The notes: generated by a model from the sequence alone, not told the origin. A DNA stretch of 64,000 bases from Octopus bimaculoides (GCF_001194135.2 NC_068999.1:52953337-53017336); one strand, 5' to 3'; counted from the stretch's first letter, positions 40,299 through 53,290 are shown. Numbers and translations: made by a program.

Positions 40299-40350
<52 letters not shown>

Positions 40351-40545
40351 CCCTTTATTGGCAACGAGAGAAGAACAAAAAAGAAAAAGGGACCATAAAA
40401 CACAAGGGACAAATGGGGCTTAGCACCATAGTTCGTGCATAAAGAAAAAACACGAAAAGCTAACAACAAAAATTCAACAATAACATTCCCCCAAAGCGGA
40501 AACTTCCACTCAGGCACAACCAAAAAACTCCCAAAGTCTTGAGAG
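40351..40545 (-). mobile_element. Probable LINE 3' UTR (T-rich, AATAAA followed by (ATT)n)
   Basis: The - strand reads ..TTTTTGTTCTTCTCTCGTTGCCAATAAAGGG(ATT)n, a poly(A)-signal-plus-tail structure. Family not identified. Confidence 0.4.
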
Positions 40546-40726
40546 AAAAGAAAAGTGTGCGGTTATTTACCCTACCGGTGCTATTGGAAAACGTTTGTCC
40601 TGACCACTTAATCTGGCTGGAGTTTCTTTGGGAATCTTTTTAAAAGCTTGCTGGTGGCTTTTAGATTAGGGATTCCAACTTCATGAAAGAATACCTCTCT
40701 AATGCTTTTGTACGTCGCAACTATTT

Positions 40727-40940
40727 CTGCTCGTGATCAGAGATGCACATATCGTCAGCCACCAAGGGACATGCTCAACTGGTTAAGGTCTAGTAACTGA
40801 CAAGCAAATCTGTGGTATTGAGCAGAATATTTGCTGTAGCCCATCTTTTATACCAAGACAAAACAATGTATATGATAATACTTCCAATCAGTTAAGATCA
40901 GAAGCCATGAGAGCCACTGCCTGGAACTGCATCAGGGCAT
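40727..40940 (-). mobile_element. Inverted 5' part of the (AAT)n-associated element
   Basis: Reverse complement of 39762-39980 (e.g. CTTCCAATCAGTTAAGATCAGAAGCCATGAG vs CTCATGGCTTCTAATTTCAACTGATTGGAAG). Starts at the same 5' TGCCCTGATG after a TAA/(GAT)n tract. Confidence 0.85.
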
Positions 40941-40941
40941 T

Positions 40942-40993
<52 letters not shown>

Positions 40994-42942
40994 CCATCAT
41001 CATCATTATTATTGTTATTATTCATACCGAATACGATGATGTTGATGAAATATCCGCGAATCTGGAGGCAATATATTTCAGGGATCAAGTGTCTTGAAGA
41101 ATTTCTAATTGCTTTCTGGACATAGCAAGAACAGCAGAAAAAGAAAAAAAGGAAACAAATATGTAAACATAGACAAAAAAAAAAGTATGGCTTCTCTTGA
41201 AGCAGAAACGACAATGACAACAACAACAACAACGACGACGACGACGATTATAGCAATTACAAGAACATGAGATGATGACAACGTCGTCAAAGATGATGAC
41301 GACCGCGGCAATAACAGTTGCATGGTGGTGATGATGGGGCTAGGGGTGGTTGTGGTGGTGGTACTACTGTTCCTGGTGGTGGTGATGGTGGTGGTGTTGG
41401 TGGTTGTGGTGGTGGTGGAGGTAACAGTGGTGATGATGGTAGTGGTGATTCTGGAGATGGTGATGGCGATGGTGATGGTGATGATGATGGTTATTTATGG
41501 TGGTGGTGTTGATGAAGTTGTGGTAGTGGTGGTGGTAGTGGCGGTGTTGGTGATAGTGGTGCTGGTGACGTTACTGGTAGCAGTAATGAAGTTGATGACG
41601 GTGGTGGTGGCGGTGATGGTGGGTGGCGGTGATGGTTGCTGTGGAGGTAGTAATGCTGCAGATAGTGTTGCTGAGGATTATGGCGATGAAGGGAGAAACG
41701 AGAACAACAACAACAACAACAACAACTGCAATATCAAGTACAGAAACAGTAATAACAAAAACAACAACAAAATCAATACCAACAACAACAACAACAACAA
41801 CAACAACATCTACAATAATAATTGCCATAACACCAGCAACAAGAACAACAACAACATAAAAGACACTGTGAACAAGAAGGCAGGATGCTGGCAACGTCGG
41901 TCACCGCAGCTGCAACTAATACCGCAACATCAGAAATGAAAAAGCGATTATGGTATAATGTTTTATATTCTATATTAGTGTGTGTGCGTACTTGCGAGTA
42001 ATGGACGGGCTGGGGGGGGGTGTACATGTAGTGTACGCGTGCGTGAGTATTTGTGTGCGCATGACCGTGTGTGTGTATGTGTGTACTGATACATAAACAC
42101 GTATATACACACACACACACACACACATATATATGAATATCTACATATCTACATATATATATTTACATATACATATGTACATATATATATGTATGTGTAC
42201 ATATATTTACACACACTCACACTCACACAAACACACAAATTTATATATATACACACACAAANNNNNNNNNNNNNNNNNNNNNNNNNNNNNNNNNNNNNNN
42301 NNNNNNNNNNNNNNNNNNNNNNNNNNNNNNNNNNNNNNNNNNNNNNNNNNNNNNNNNNNNNNNNNNNNNNNNNNNNNNNNNNNNNNNNNNNNNNNNNNNN
42401 NNNNNNNNNNNNNNNNNNNNNNNNNNNNNNNNNNNNNNNNNNNNNNNNNNNNNNNNNNNNNNNNNNNNNNNNNNNNNNNNNNNNNNNNNNNNNNNNNNNN
42501 NNNNNNNNNNNNNNNNNNNNNNNNNNNNNNNNNNNNNNNNNNNNNNNNNNNNNNNNNNNNNNNNNNNNNNNNNNNNNNNNNNNNNNNNNNNNNNNNNNNN
42601 NNNNNNNNNNNNNNNNNNNNNNNNNNNNNNNNNNNNNNNNNNNNNNNNNNNNNNNNNNNNNNNNNNNNNNNNNNNNNNNNNNNNNNNNNNNNNNNNNNNN
42701 NNNNNNNNNNNNNNNNNNNNNNNNNNNNNNNNNNNNNNNNNNNNNNNNNNNNNNNNNNNNNNNNNNNNNNNNNNNNNNNNNNNNNNNNNNNNNNNNNNNN
42801 NNNNNNNNNNNNNNNNNNNNNNNNNNNNNNNNNNNNNNNNNNNNNNNNNNNNNNNNNNNNNNNNNNNNNNNNNNNNNNNNNNNNNNNNNNNNNNNNNNNN
42901 NNNNNNNNNNNNNNNNNNNNNNNNNNNNNNNNNNNNNNNNNN

Positions 42943-43035
42943 CTCCACAGAATTTGAACTCAGAACGAAAAGACGGACGAAATAGCGCTAAGCGTTTTTC
43001 CCGTCGTACTAACAATTCTGCCAGCTCACCAACCA
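42943..43035 (-). mobile_element. SINE family B head, truncated by a gap
   Basis: GAATTTGAACTCAGAACGAAAAGACGGACGAAATAGCGCTAAGC..CAATTCTGCCAGCTCACC. Confidence 0.8.
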
Positions 43036-43170
43036 GCTGGAATCATATATATTGACCATTAAGACATGAAATATAGACTTGGCCTCGTCGGAATTTGAAA
43101 TTAGAAAGATTCTGCTGATTGGCCGCGTTTAGAGCAAAAAAAATATATAAGGAGGTCATTAGTTATGCGC

Positions 43171-43215
<45 letters not shown>

Positions 43216-43454
43216 TACGCGTGTATGTGTGTGTATGTATGCATGTATATATGCATGTCTGTGTGTAAGTGCTTCTGTAAATGTGTGTGTGCTTGCGAGT
43301 GAGTATCTCTATGTTTGTATGTGTATATATGGGTGTAAGAGGGTATGAATATATGAGTGTGCAAGTATGTGTAAGTAAATGTGTGTGTATGTCTGCGTCT
43401 CTTAGTCGGCGTGTGTGTGTGTCTTGTGTCTGTGTGTGTCTGTGTGTCTGTGTG

Positions 43455-43503
<49 letters not shown>

Positions 43504-45152
43504 ATGTGCGTTTGCGCGTGTTAAATGTTTCAGAATTAGAAAGCCAATCTCATTTTGAGACTAAGGCCTCATATTAACCATGTATGTGTATGCATGTGTA
43601 TGTGTGTGTGTGTGTGTGNNNNNNNNNNNNNNNNNNNNNNNNNNNNNNNNNNNNNNNNNNNNNNNNNNNNNNNNNNNNNNNNNNNNNNNNNNNNNNNNNN
43701 NNNNNNNNNNNNNNNNNNNNNNNNNNNNNNNNNNNNNNNNNNNNNNNNNNNNNNNNNNNNNNNNNNNNNNNNNNNNNNNNNNNNNNNNNNNNNNNNNNNN
43801 NNNNNNNNNNNNNNNNNNNNNNNNNNNNNNNNNNNNNNNNNNNNNNNNNNNNNNNNNNNNNNNNNNNNNNNNNNNNNNNNNNNNNNNNNNNNNNNNNNNN
43901 NNNNNNNNNNNNNNNNNNNNNNNNNNNNNNNNNNNNNNNNNNNNNNNNNNNNNNNNNNNNNNNNNNNNNNNNNNNNNNNNNNNNNNNNNNNNNNNNNNNN
44001 NNNNNNNNNNNNNNNNNNNNNNNNNNNNNNNNNNNNNNNNNNNNNNNNNNNNNNNNNNNNNNNNNNNNNNNNNNNNNNNNNNNNNNNNNNNNNNNNNNNN
44101 NNNNNNNNNNNNNNNNNNNNNNNNNNNNNNNNNNNNNNNNNNNNNNNNNNNNNNNNNNNNNNNNNNNNNNNNNNNNNNNNNNNNNNNNNNNNNNNNNNNN
44201 NNNNNNNTATATATATATATATATATATATGGGTATGTGCATGGAGCTTTCATACATAGGCATATATACATATATCCATACACGCACACACACATATAAA
44301 AATTAACATTTGTGTGTATATGTGTATATATGTAAGTATGTGTGCGTGCTGGTGTAGTGCGTGTATGTTTGTGTATGTGTATATTTGAGTGTCTGTGGTA
44401 AAAATTTAAAGAAATTTAATCGAATAAAAGTGTCAAAATGACAGACAGTCCAATCAGCTTCCATCGTGGTGAACAGATACTTTATTCGTGATAATTATTA
44501 ACAATAGCAGAGGCTAATGGTGTCTAGTCAAACCCGACACTATATATTAGCGAACAATTTAAGCCAATCTAAAACATGGCGACCAGATAATTCCCTCATT
44601 ACCAAAACATTACAAAATATGCATCGTATTTAATGAAGCAGTAAACTTTGATTGCATAGCTATCAATCTAATATTTGATATGTTAGATAAACGACAAACA
44701 TGGCGATGGGGCTCCTGTGCCGGTTGCATTGTGTGTTGGAAATTGTGTTCAAATTTCAAGTTACATGCTACCGCATCTTAATTTAAAGCGAACGAGGTAA
44801 CAGTTGATAATATTTTCATGATTGTACAAATCAAGCGGCAACTGGTCAGGGTTTGAACGCCCTTGGTGTTAAGTGAGCTCCTTCAGAATTGTATTGTGGC
44901 TAAAAAAATCAACGGCAATTTCTGTTACAACAGCATGGCGATATTTCTGCTGAGAAAGAAGGTTAAAAACAACAGAAGCCTTCAGTTTTCTTCGAGTTCT
45001 TTGCGGCGAGCAGTATGGATGATAGAAGTACCAGTTATTTGCTGCGGTTAGACCTTTACGACTAATCACTTTTCTCTGTGTTTAAAAAATCGAAATTAGA
45101 GGACCACTTGAAGCTGTTGCTATATTTTGAATTACGCATGCAACTTACATTT

Positions 45153-45191
<39 letters not shown>

Positions 45192-45201
45192 NNNNNNNNN
45201 N

Positions 45202-45238
<37 letters not shown>

Positions 45239-45399
45239 TGGTGCAAAATGCATAGTAACAACCTGTTCTTTTCCTTTTTCCATATATAACACCAATGCAC
45301 ACACACAATGCGCGTAGGATATATGTTTAATTAGGTCATAGTTAATCAATCGAGATATTCATTCAGCCACTATGGAAAATCATGATCACACATCCCGCC

Positions 45400-45660
45400 G
45401 GCCCCTTCTTTCTTAACTGCTCTCATATACTCGAATTTCCACCTTGCCTCTAACCTCCCGATCGCTTCTTTTTCTTCCACCACTTTTTCTCTTTCACGGT
45501 CCGTCTTTACTTTCTTCCTGTATCTTTCGTCTGATGAAAGACTAACACCCGAAACGTCAAGAGTCTTCCCATCCTATTCTGAACGTTAAACTAATACCTT
45601 TGTTAAAATTTGTCCTTCCCGTGTTGCCTTCTTCCATTTTGTGATCGTTGCTTTCACTAT
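45400..45660 (+). mobile_element. Penelope-like terminal fragment with a degenerate hammerhead core
   Basis: A pyrimidine-rich stretch containing CTGATGA-AAGACTAACACCC-GAAAC-GTC (45531-45558), the layout of the minimal hammerheads known from Penelope-like elements. Ends in (TA)n. Confidence 0.55.
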
Positions 45661-46136
45661 TCAATATATTCATTCATGAATACATACACACATACATACA
45701 TATATTTATATATACATATATACACACACATATACATGCATATATACATGCATACATACACTAGCACATTGTATATTGCAAGACATTATAGTAATTTCAA
45801 ACACTATAAGATTACATTTTGTAATGTGTTAAAGTGATGGCGGCGGCGGTGATGGTGGCGGTAGTAAAGACGTTAGTGTTGGTAGGTGGCGGTAACGATG
45901 GTGGTGATGATGGGAGTTGTGACAGTGCTGGTGGCGGTGGCGGCGGCGGCGGTACTCTTCCTGCCATTTGACAAAAGTACTCAAAGCTATTCCAACCATT
46001 TCAACAGAAAACACATGTCGATCACGTGATTCTTTTTATAATATTTTTTCTTTTTGTTCTTTTTTATTCCTTCATAATGGTATCGAGTGTTAACAGTTAG
46101 ATGTATGGGTGTGTATGCGAACGTTTATTACTGTGA

Positions 46137-46197
<61 letters not shown>

Positions 46198-46424
46198 TGT
46201 ATGTATGTATGTATACGTAGATAGGTGGCGACAGACAGACAGACAGATTGATAGAAATAGTTAGACAGACAGACAGACAGATAGATAGATAGATAGATAG
46301 ATAGTGTGTGTGTGTAAGTGAGAATATAACTGTATGTATGAGTACCTCTTTATTTCTGTGCGTGTGTGCACGTGCATAGGCAGCTGTCTGTATATGTGTG
46401 CCAATCGATATGTAAATGTGTTTC

Positions 46425-46463
<39 letters not shown>

Positions 46464-47188
46464 ATGCGTAATTGTGCCTGTTATGTGTTTTGTATACGTT
46501 ATTTACGAGGTGCGTGTAAACGTGTGCTTACATGTAGATATCATTCTGCGCATGAAGTATGCATTTGTGTAGAATTTGAACGCATAGTCATTCGTACTTA
46601 TGTACTTACATAGTTACATATGTACTTAATTTATGTAACATATGAATAAATGTATGTGCCTGTATACATATATGTATGTCTGTGTGCAGGTGCGTGTGCG
46701 TATGTATATGTATATATATATATATATAAATATATATATANNNNNNNNNNNNNNNNNNNNNNNNNNNNNNNNNNNNNNNNNNNNNNNNNNNNNNNNNNNN
46801 NNNNNNNNNNNNNNNNNNNNNNNNNNNNNNNNNNNNNNNNNNNNNNNNNNNNNNNNNNNNNNNNNNNNNNNNNNNNNNNNNNNNNNNNNNNNNNNNNNNN
46901 NNNNNNNNNNNNNNNNNNNNNNNNNNNNNNNNNNNNNNNNNNNNNNNNNNNNNNNNNNNNNNNNNNNNNNNNNNNNNNNNNNNNNNNNNNNNNNNNNNNN
47001 NNNNNNNNNNNNNNNNNNNNNNNNNNNNNNNNNNNNNNNNNNNNNNNNNNNNNNNNNNNNNNNNNNNNNNNNNNNNNNNNNNNNNNNNNNNNNNNNNNNN
47101 NNNNNNNNNNNNNNNNNNNNNNNNNNNNNNNNNNNNNNNNNNNNNNNNNNNNNNNNNNNNNNNNNNNNNNNNNNNNNNNNNNNNNNNN

Positions 47189-47236
<48 letters not shown>

Positions 47237-47624
47237 TGTTGCTGTGTGTGTGACTCTATAACTGACAATGTGTGTGTACAAGTAATGAGACGAATGCAGT
47301 CTCTTATTCGCCACAAAAATGTGTAACTAAGTCAGTGAAAATCCGGAGAAAAACGAAAACTATCGAAATATATCGGAAATACATTGTTACAGACAAAAAC
47401 TTATAACATATGATGTGGTGTTGGATATCTCCTATGCGATATAGGGAATTGAAAAATATCATTTCACCGAGAATGTCCATGTAATTTGAAGACAAAACCT
47501 CTCAGATGTTATGTTTAACACATAGAAACTAACAATGGGAAATAACTCGAAACAGCTCGGCTGAATCGAAATATTGGTTTCAGATATTGGCAGAAGGCCA
47601 GTAATTTCGAGGGTGGAGATAATC

Positions 47625-47840
47625 CAGTAATAATGGTTTCAAATTTAGGCACGAGGCCAACAATTTCGGGATAAGGGATAAGTCAATTACGTTGACCACA
47701 GTACTCAACTAGTAGTTATTTTATCGAACCTGAAAGGATGAAAAGCGAAGTCGACTGCGGCGAATTTTTGAATTCAGAACGTAAAGGCGGTCGAAATGCT
47801 GCTAAGCTTTTACCCAGCGTGCTAACGATTCTCCCAACTT
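47625..47840 (-). mobile_element. SINE family B, diverged full copy
   Basis: TTTTATCGAACCTGAAAGGATGAAAAGCGAAGTCGACTGCGG..TTCAGAACGTAAAGG..GTGCTAACGATTCT. Confidence 0.8.
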
Positions 47841-47954
47841 ATCTAGTAATAATATCAATTTTAATACTGATAATAATCCTGTCTTAACAGGATTATTAAC
47901 TTCTGAGTGGAGGATTAATACTAATTTTTTTTTAATCATGAGTACCACATACAA

Positions 47955-48571
<617 letters not shown>

Positions 48572-48634
48572 CATGTATGTATGTATATATGCATATATGA
48601 ATATAATGTGTGTATGTGTTTATTAATCTCTCTA

Positions 48635-48671
<37 letters not shown>

Positions 48672-49661
48672 ATATATGTATATATAGAGAGAGGGGGGAG
48701 AGAGAGAAAATGACAACATAAAGGAGGGATATGTATGTGTGTGTGTGTGTGAGAGAGAGAGCGAGAGCGAGTATGTAACTGTGTAAGAGAGAAGCAGAGA
48801 TAGAAGACAGGCACGGGGATTATTTCCATATATGACTTACATACGTACGTACATAGAACCCTATAATTCTCAATATATGTATATTATTTATATAAACTCT
48901 TTCCTCATTTCCAAAATTCTTTCTGTAAATAGCTAAACACTTCAACAATAACAAGTAAAATAATAAAAGAGGACACATACAAAATACACTAAAAAAACTT
49001 TCTTGGAAGAAAAAATCTTTCGCCCTCCCTACACCCTGGCCCATCTCTGAGTTGTTGAAAAGTGGTATGTGTTGTTTCGTAAAATGAAGCGTATTGTTTA
49101 TATGAAAGAGAGGTAAATTATCAACAGCCGTTATTACAGTCGTCGCGGTCATTCCCCCTGCACGTATTCAGCCTTGTTATAACCACCATACTTAAACATA
49201 TATTTTTTTAAGACTCAACGCACTTTTATCTTACCGGACTGAAGCGGAGTGAAGGCGCGTGGCAAAGTGCTGGGCTCACGGTCATAGGGTTGTAGGTTCG
49301 ATTCCTTCATCAAGACACTTCATTTCCCGTTTTCCAGTCTATTCAACTGAAAACAAAAATCTGTTTAAGTGCAAGTGCTGCATTCTCCTATTTCTATTGT
49401 CACATTCACGATGTTCCGCCGAAACAAAAATAGAAGGGCTTGCAACTACACAGATGACTAAAACCAAATAGCGAAAGCATGGTATACGCTGCCGCGCCAT
49501 ACTCGTGTGTAAGTAACGACATAGGTTTATTGAAATAAAGGTAATGACATAGATTTATTGAAAAAAAACCCCCAATGAAAGGGTTACGAGTACAACGCCG
49601 ACTTTTCGGATACCGATGGCCTGGAGTTTACTGACAACATACACATATACATACTAGCATA

Positions 49662-49800
49662 TTAATCCTTTCTACTCTAGGCACAAGGCCTGGAATTTTG
49701 TGGGTGGAGGTTGGTTGATTACATCAATCCCAGTGTGTAACTGGTACTTTATTTTATCGACCTCAAAATGATGAAATGCAAAGTCAACCTCGGCGGAAAT
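49662..49800 (-). mobile_element. SINE family B 3' portion
   Basis: ATCCTTTCTACTCTAGGCACAAGGCCTGG..CTGGTACTTATTTTATCGACC..AAGTCAACCTCGGCGGAA. Confidence 0.85.
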
Positions 49801-49854
49801 TTCAGTTTTAAACAGATAATTTTATTTAAGCCAAGAAAATTGCTTTCGGTAAAA

Positions 49855-50030
49855 TAAGATAAGTCAGGTGCTGGGGCACCGTCTTGAAAGACTCAGTCGA
49901 ACAAATCGACGCCAGTTATTTATTTTTTTTAAAGCCTGGTACTTATTTTATCGGTTATTTGTTTTCCACCAAACTGCTAGGTTATGTTAACGCAAACAAA
50001 CCAACAACGGGTGTCAAGGAACGTCACATA
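49855..50030 (-). mobile_element. SINE family A 3' half, diverged
   Basis: GGGGCACCGTCTTGAA..AAATCGAC..CTGGTACTTATTTTATCGG..AAACCAACAACGGGTGTCAAG is the reverse complement of the 24055-24235 type sequence. Confidence 0.65.
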
Positions 50031-50852
50031 TATATCAAACCAGAACTTAAATATGTAATTTAAGAATGTCAGTTAAATTCCTTAAGCTCCATAAATGATA
50101 TCTCACTTAACATTTGATATTTTAAAATGGCGTCTCTGAATGATTTTAAAGAAGAAAAGCCCGGTATATAAAGCAAGAGATTACACAAAGCTTTTATTAA
50201 ATCTCGTAGGTTGAATATTGGTACAAAACAGAGATAAAGTAGTATATTTAATCGCTGATTTAAGACTGTTATATCCCTTGGTGCTTTGGGAATTATATCC
50301 TCACCATACAAAATGGAGTGATAACTATTTCAACCACTATCATATTTGGTGACTAGATATATCACAAATGAAGGTGGCGATAGAGATACATCTATGTAGT
50401 GCTGGTTGTTATTCTTGTAAAACTGAAGTGGCAGATGTGATATATATTTCGTAGACTGGTGCCCACGCCCACCACTGCGAAAATTAAAACTGAAAAGTAA
50501 TTACGGCCATATTGTCAACGCTAACAAATAGCTTTGAGTGCCATTTATCTACATTTCCATATATTTCAAATATGTATGCATGTATGTCTGTATGTATCTA
50601 TCTATGTATGCATGTATATACATATATGTATGTAAGTATATATATATATATATATATATATNNNNNNNNNNNNNNNNNNNNNNNNNNNNNNNNNNNNNNN
50701 NNNNNNNNNNNNNNNNNNNNNNNNNNNNNNNNNNNNNNNNNNNNNNNNNNNNNNNNNNNNNNNNNNNNNNNNNNNNNNNNNNGTGTGTACTGGGTTAAAT
50801 GTTACCAGTAGCACCCAAGAGCAACCTTACATACATACATACATACATACAC

Positions 50853-50883
<31 letters not shown>

Positions 50884-51006
50884 TACATATAATATAATGT
50901 TTGTTTTTATATTTAGCTATAATAAAAACAATTTTATATTAATCTGAAGGGTTACTCTATACCTTTGTAGAGTATAAATTTATTATTCATTAACAAGAAT
51001 AATATT

Positions 51007-51053
51007 GATAGTGACTTCGAAGTTTCAACCAGCTAAGTCATCTTCAGACAGTC
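51007..51053 (-). ncRNA. Mirror-image, diverged hammerhead-like fold on the - strand
   Basis: GACTGT-CTGAAGA-T-GAC TTAGCTG GTT-GAAA-C TTCGAA G-TC-ACTATC. Core intact and stem III fully palindromic (ACTTCGAAGT), but stem I has only 4/6 pairs. Confidence 0.45.
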
Positions 51054-51093
51054 TGATGATGGCTTAGATGGCCGAAACCTCGAAGTCACTGTC
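51047..51093 (+). ncRNA. Type I hammerhead ribozyme (minimal, Penelope-type)
   Basis: Stem I GACAGT(51047-52)/ACTGTC(51088-93), 6/6 bp. Core CTGATGA (51053-59) plus extra U. Stem II GGCT/GGCC with loop TAGAT. GAAA (51074-77). Stem III A-U and C-G closing loop CTCGAA. GUC cleavage triplet at 51085-87. Confidence 0.75.
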
Positions 51094-51530
51094 AACAGTA
51101 TTCTTGCTAAAGAATAATTTGTAAATAAATATATAAATTCTACTGTATCAAAAATAATGAACAGATGCTCCAACTGAATTTATTCCATGATAAACTCTAT
51201 TTAAAAAAAGAAAAAAGAAAAAGGCTGAATCGTCACGGTTAGACCGTATTTCATAGGAGGTCTACTCAATCAGAGTTGACGTTTAAAGCAAAACAACAAA
51301 AATGATCAAATTTGAATGGCGAAAAAACTGGAGCAACGAAAGATTTCAAGTGTCCACAACCAATAAATCAGCGGAACAATTGATATCTCCAAGACATTGG
51401 AATATTTTTAGTTTGTGGTTTGGAATTAGAATTATTCAAAGATCAACAAAATAAGTCTTGTATTTTCACAATGCCTGAAAGTCTTGTTCTGTTGAATGGA
51501 ACTTAATTGAGGAGAAAAACACGCGCTCGT

Positions 51531-51585
<55 letters not shown>

Positions 51586-51975
51586 CACAAACACACAAAC
51601 ACACACACACGCACACACACACACACACACAAACCACACACACACACATACAAACACGCACTCATGCACATATAGATCTGAGTGTAGATGTGTATATATG
51701 TGTATCTATGTATGAATGTGTACATGATATATATATGCATATGTAGGTATGTATGTGTATCTATACACACACATATACATACATACATGCGTACGCATAC
51801 TTTTATATCATGGACGCACTCGTACAAGTACACATCTGTGTATATACGTATGTATACATATATATATATACATAGATATATATATATATGTGTGTGTGTA
51901 TGCATGTATATATATATATATATGTATATATGCATACATACAGAGAGAGATGTTTATATATATGTGTTTATATAC

Positions 51976-52057
<82 letters not shown>

Positions 52058-52107
52058 TTATATATATACATGTTTATATATATATACGTTTATATATATA
52101 TACATGA

Positions 52108-52145
<38 letters not shown>

Positions 52146-52608
52146 GATACCTCACACACACACACATGTATGCACACGCACACATACAATCGTACACGCG
52201 AATATACGACGATGGCCCAGTTTTCCAGAAAGCACTACATTCCAAAAGAATGGAAAAAAAAGAAAACAAAGAAAAGAAACCTGAAATAAAGATAAATTGA
52301 TATTTATCCAATAGATTTGCTCTTTATATAATTCGTTTCACCCCTTATAGACACATCTGATTGGTGTTGTCAGCTGCAGTTCAGCCCTTTCACACACGGG
52401 CGCGCGCGCAAACGTACATAAGTGCGCGCGCACACACACACACATACACACATAAGCACACACTCACACACACAAAAAAACACACATAAAACACACACAC
52501 ACACGTACATAGACTCTTAGGTATATATCTTCACATTCCCTTTCTCTCTCTCTCTCTCTCTCTTTCTCTAGTATTATTATCATCATCATCTTCACCATCA
52601 TCATCATC

Positions 52609-52658
<50 letters not shown>

Positions 52659-52785
52659 TCGCTCTCTAAGGGCGAATTTTGGGATTTAAAATTGCAAATC
52701 TAATACTTTAAATCAAAGAGCATCAATATGGCTTCCAAAATCCAAAGTGAAAATGGTAAATGCGCACACCGTCTCCGTTATATAT

Positions 52786-53000
52786 TCTTTTCTACTCTAG
52801 ACACAAAGCCCGAAATTTTGGGGTATGGGGTCAGTCGATGAGATCGACCCGAGTACGCGACGGGTACTTAATTAATGGATCCCGAAAGGATGAAAGGCAA
52901 AGTCGACCTCGGCGGAATTTGAACTCAGAACGTAAAGACAGACGAAATACTCCTAAATATTTCGCCCGGCGTGCTAACGATTCTGCCAGCTTCCCGCCTT
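52786..53000 (-). mobile_element. SINE family B, young full-length copy
   Basis: Near-consensus GAAAGGATGAAAGGCAAAGTCGACCTCGGCGGAATTTGAACTCAGAACGTAAAGAC..CGTGCTAACGATTCTGCCAGC. Confidence 0.9.
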
Positions 53001-53034
53001 GCCTCCATTATATATTATCGCCTGACCATTGTGT

Positions 53035-53290
53035 CTTGTCCCAGTTTACGCCTGACCAAACGGGAGCGCGTACTCTCCGCTTTCTGTTGTGACGCGTTCC
53101 ACTGGTCAGGCGTTCCATTTGCTGTCAACACCCGCTGAATGGAGGGCTGGGTTTGCCGTCGCTGCTGATGCACAAACAGGCGCAGACATGCGCTGAGGCT
53201 ACTTCATCTCCAGCGCTGCGCTTCCTTGAGCAGCGGTGGCCGCTGTTTTTCAGACAAGATTTCCCATAGCTCGTCTCTTTGATTAAGCTG
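53035..53290 (+). pseudogene. L1/Tx1-clade LINE ORF2 fragment (post-RT region)
   Basis: RLTKRERVLSAF / RVPLVRRSICCQHPLNGGLGLPSL / RHALRLLHL. The 'F.FLW...P.V....C..P...GGLG.P' motif is typical of L1/Tx1 ORF2. GC-rich relative to flanks. Confidence 0.7.

Larger units (their letters stand above)
50982..51118. repeat. 137-bp imperfect palindrome (two 68-bp arms, 1-nt spacer)
   Basis: Manual alignment of 50982-51049 against the reverse complement of 51051-51118 gives 57/68 matches around centre A51050. Confidence 0.95.

Noticed and set aside
50069-50311. 80-aa - strand ORF as exon or retroelement protein
   Set aside because: No recognisable motif and no clear splice signals.
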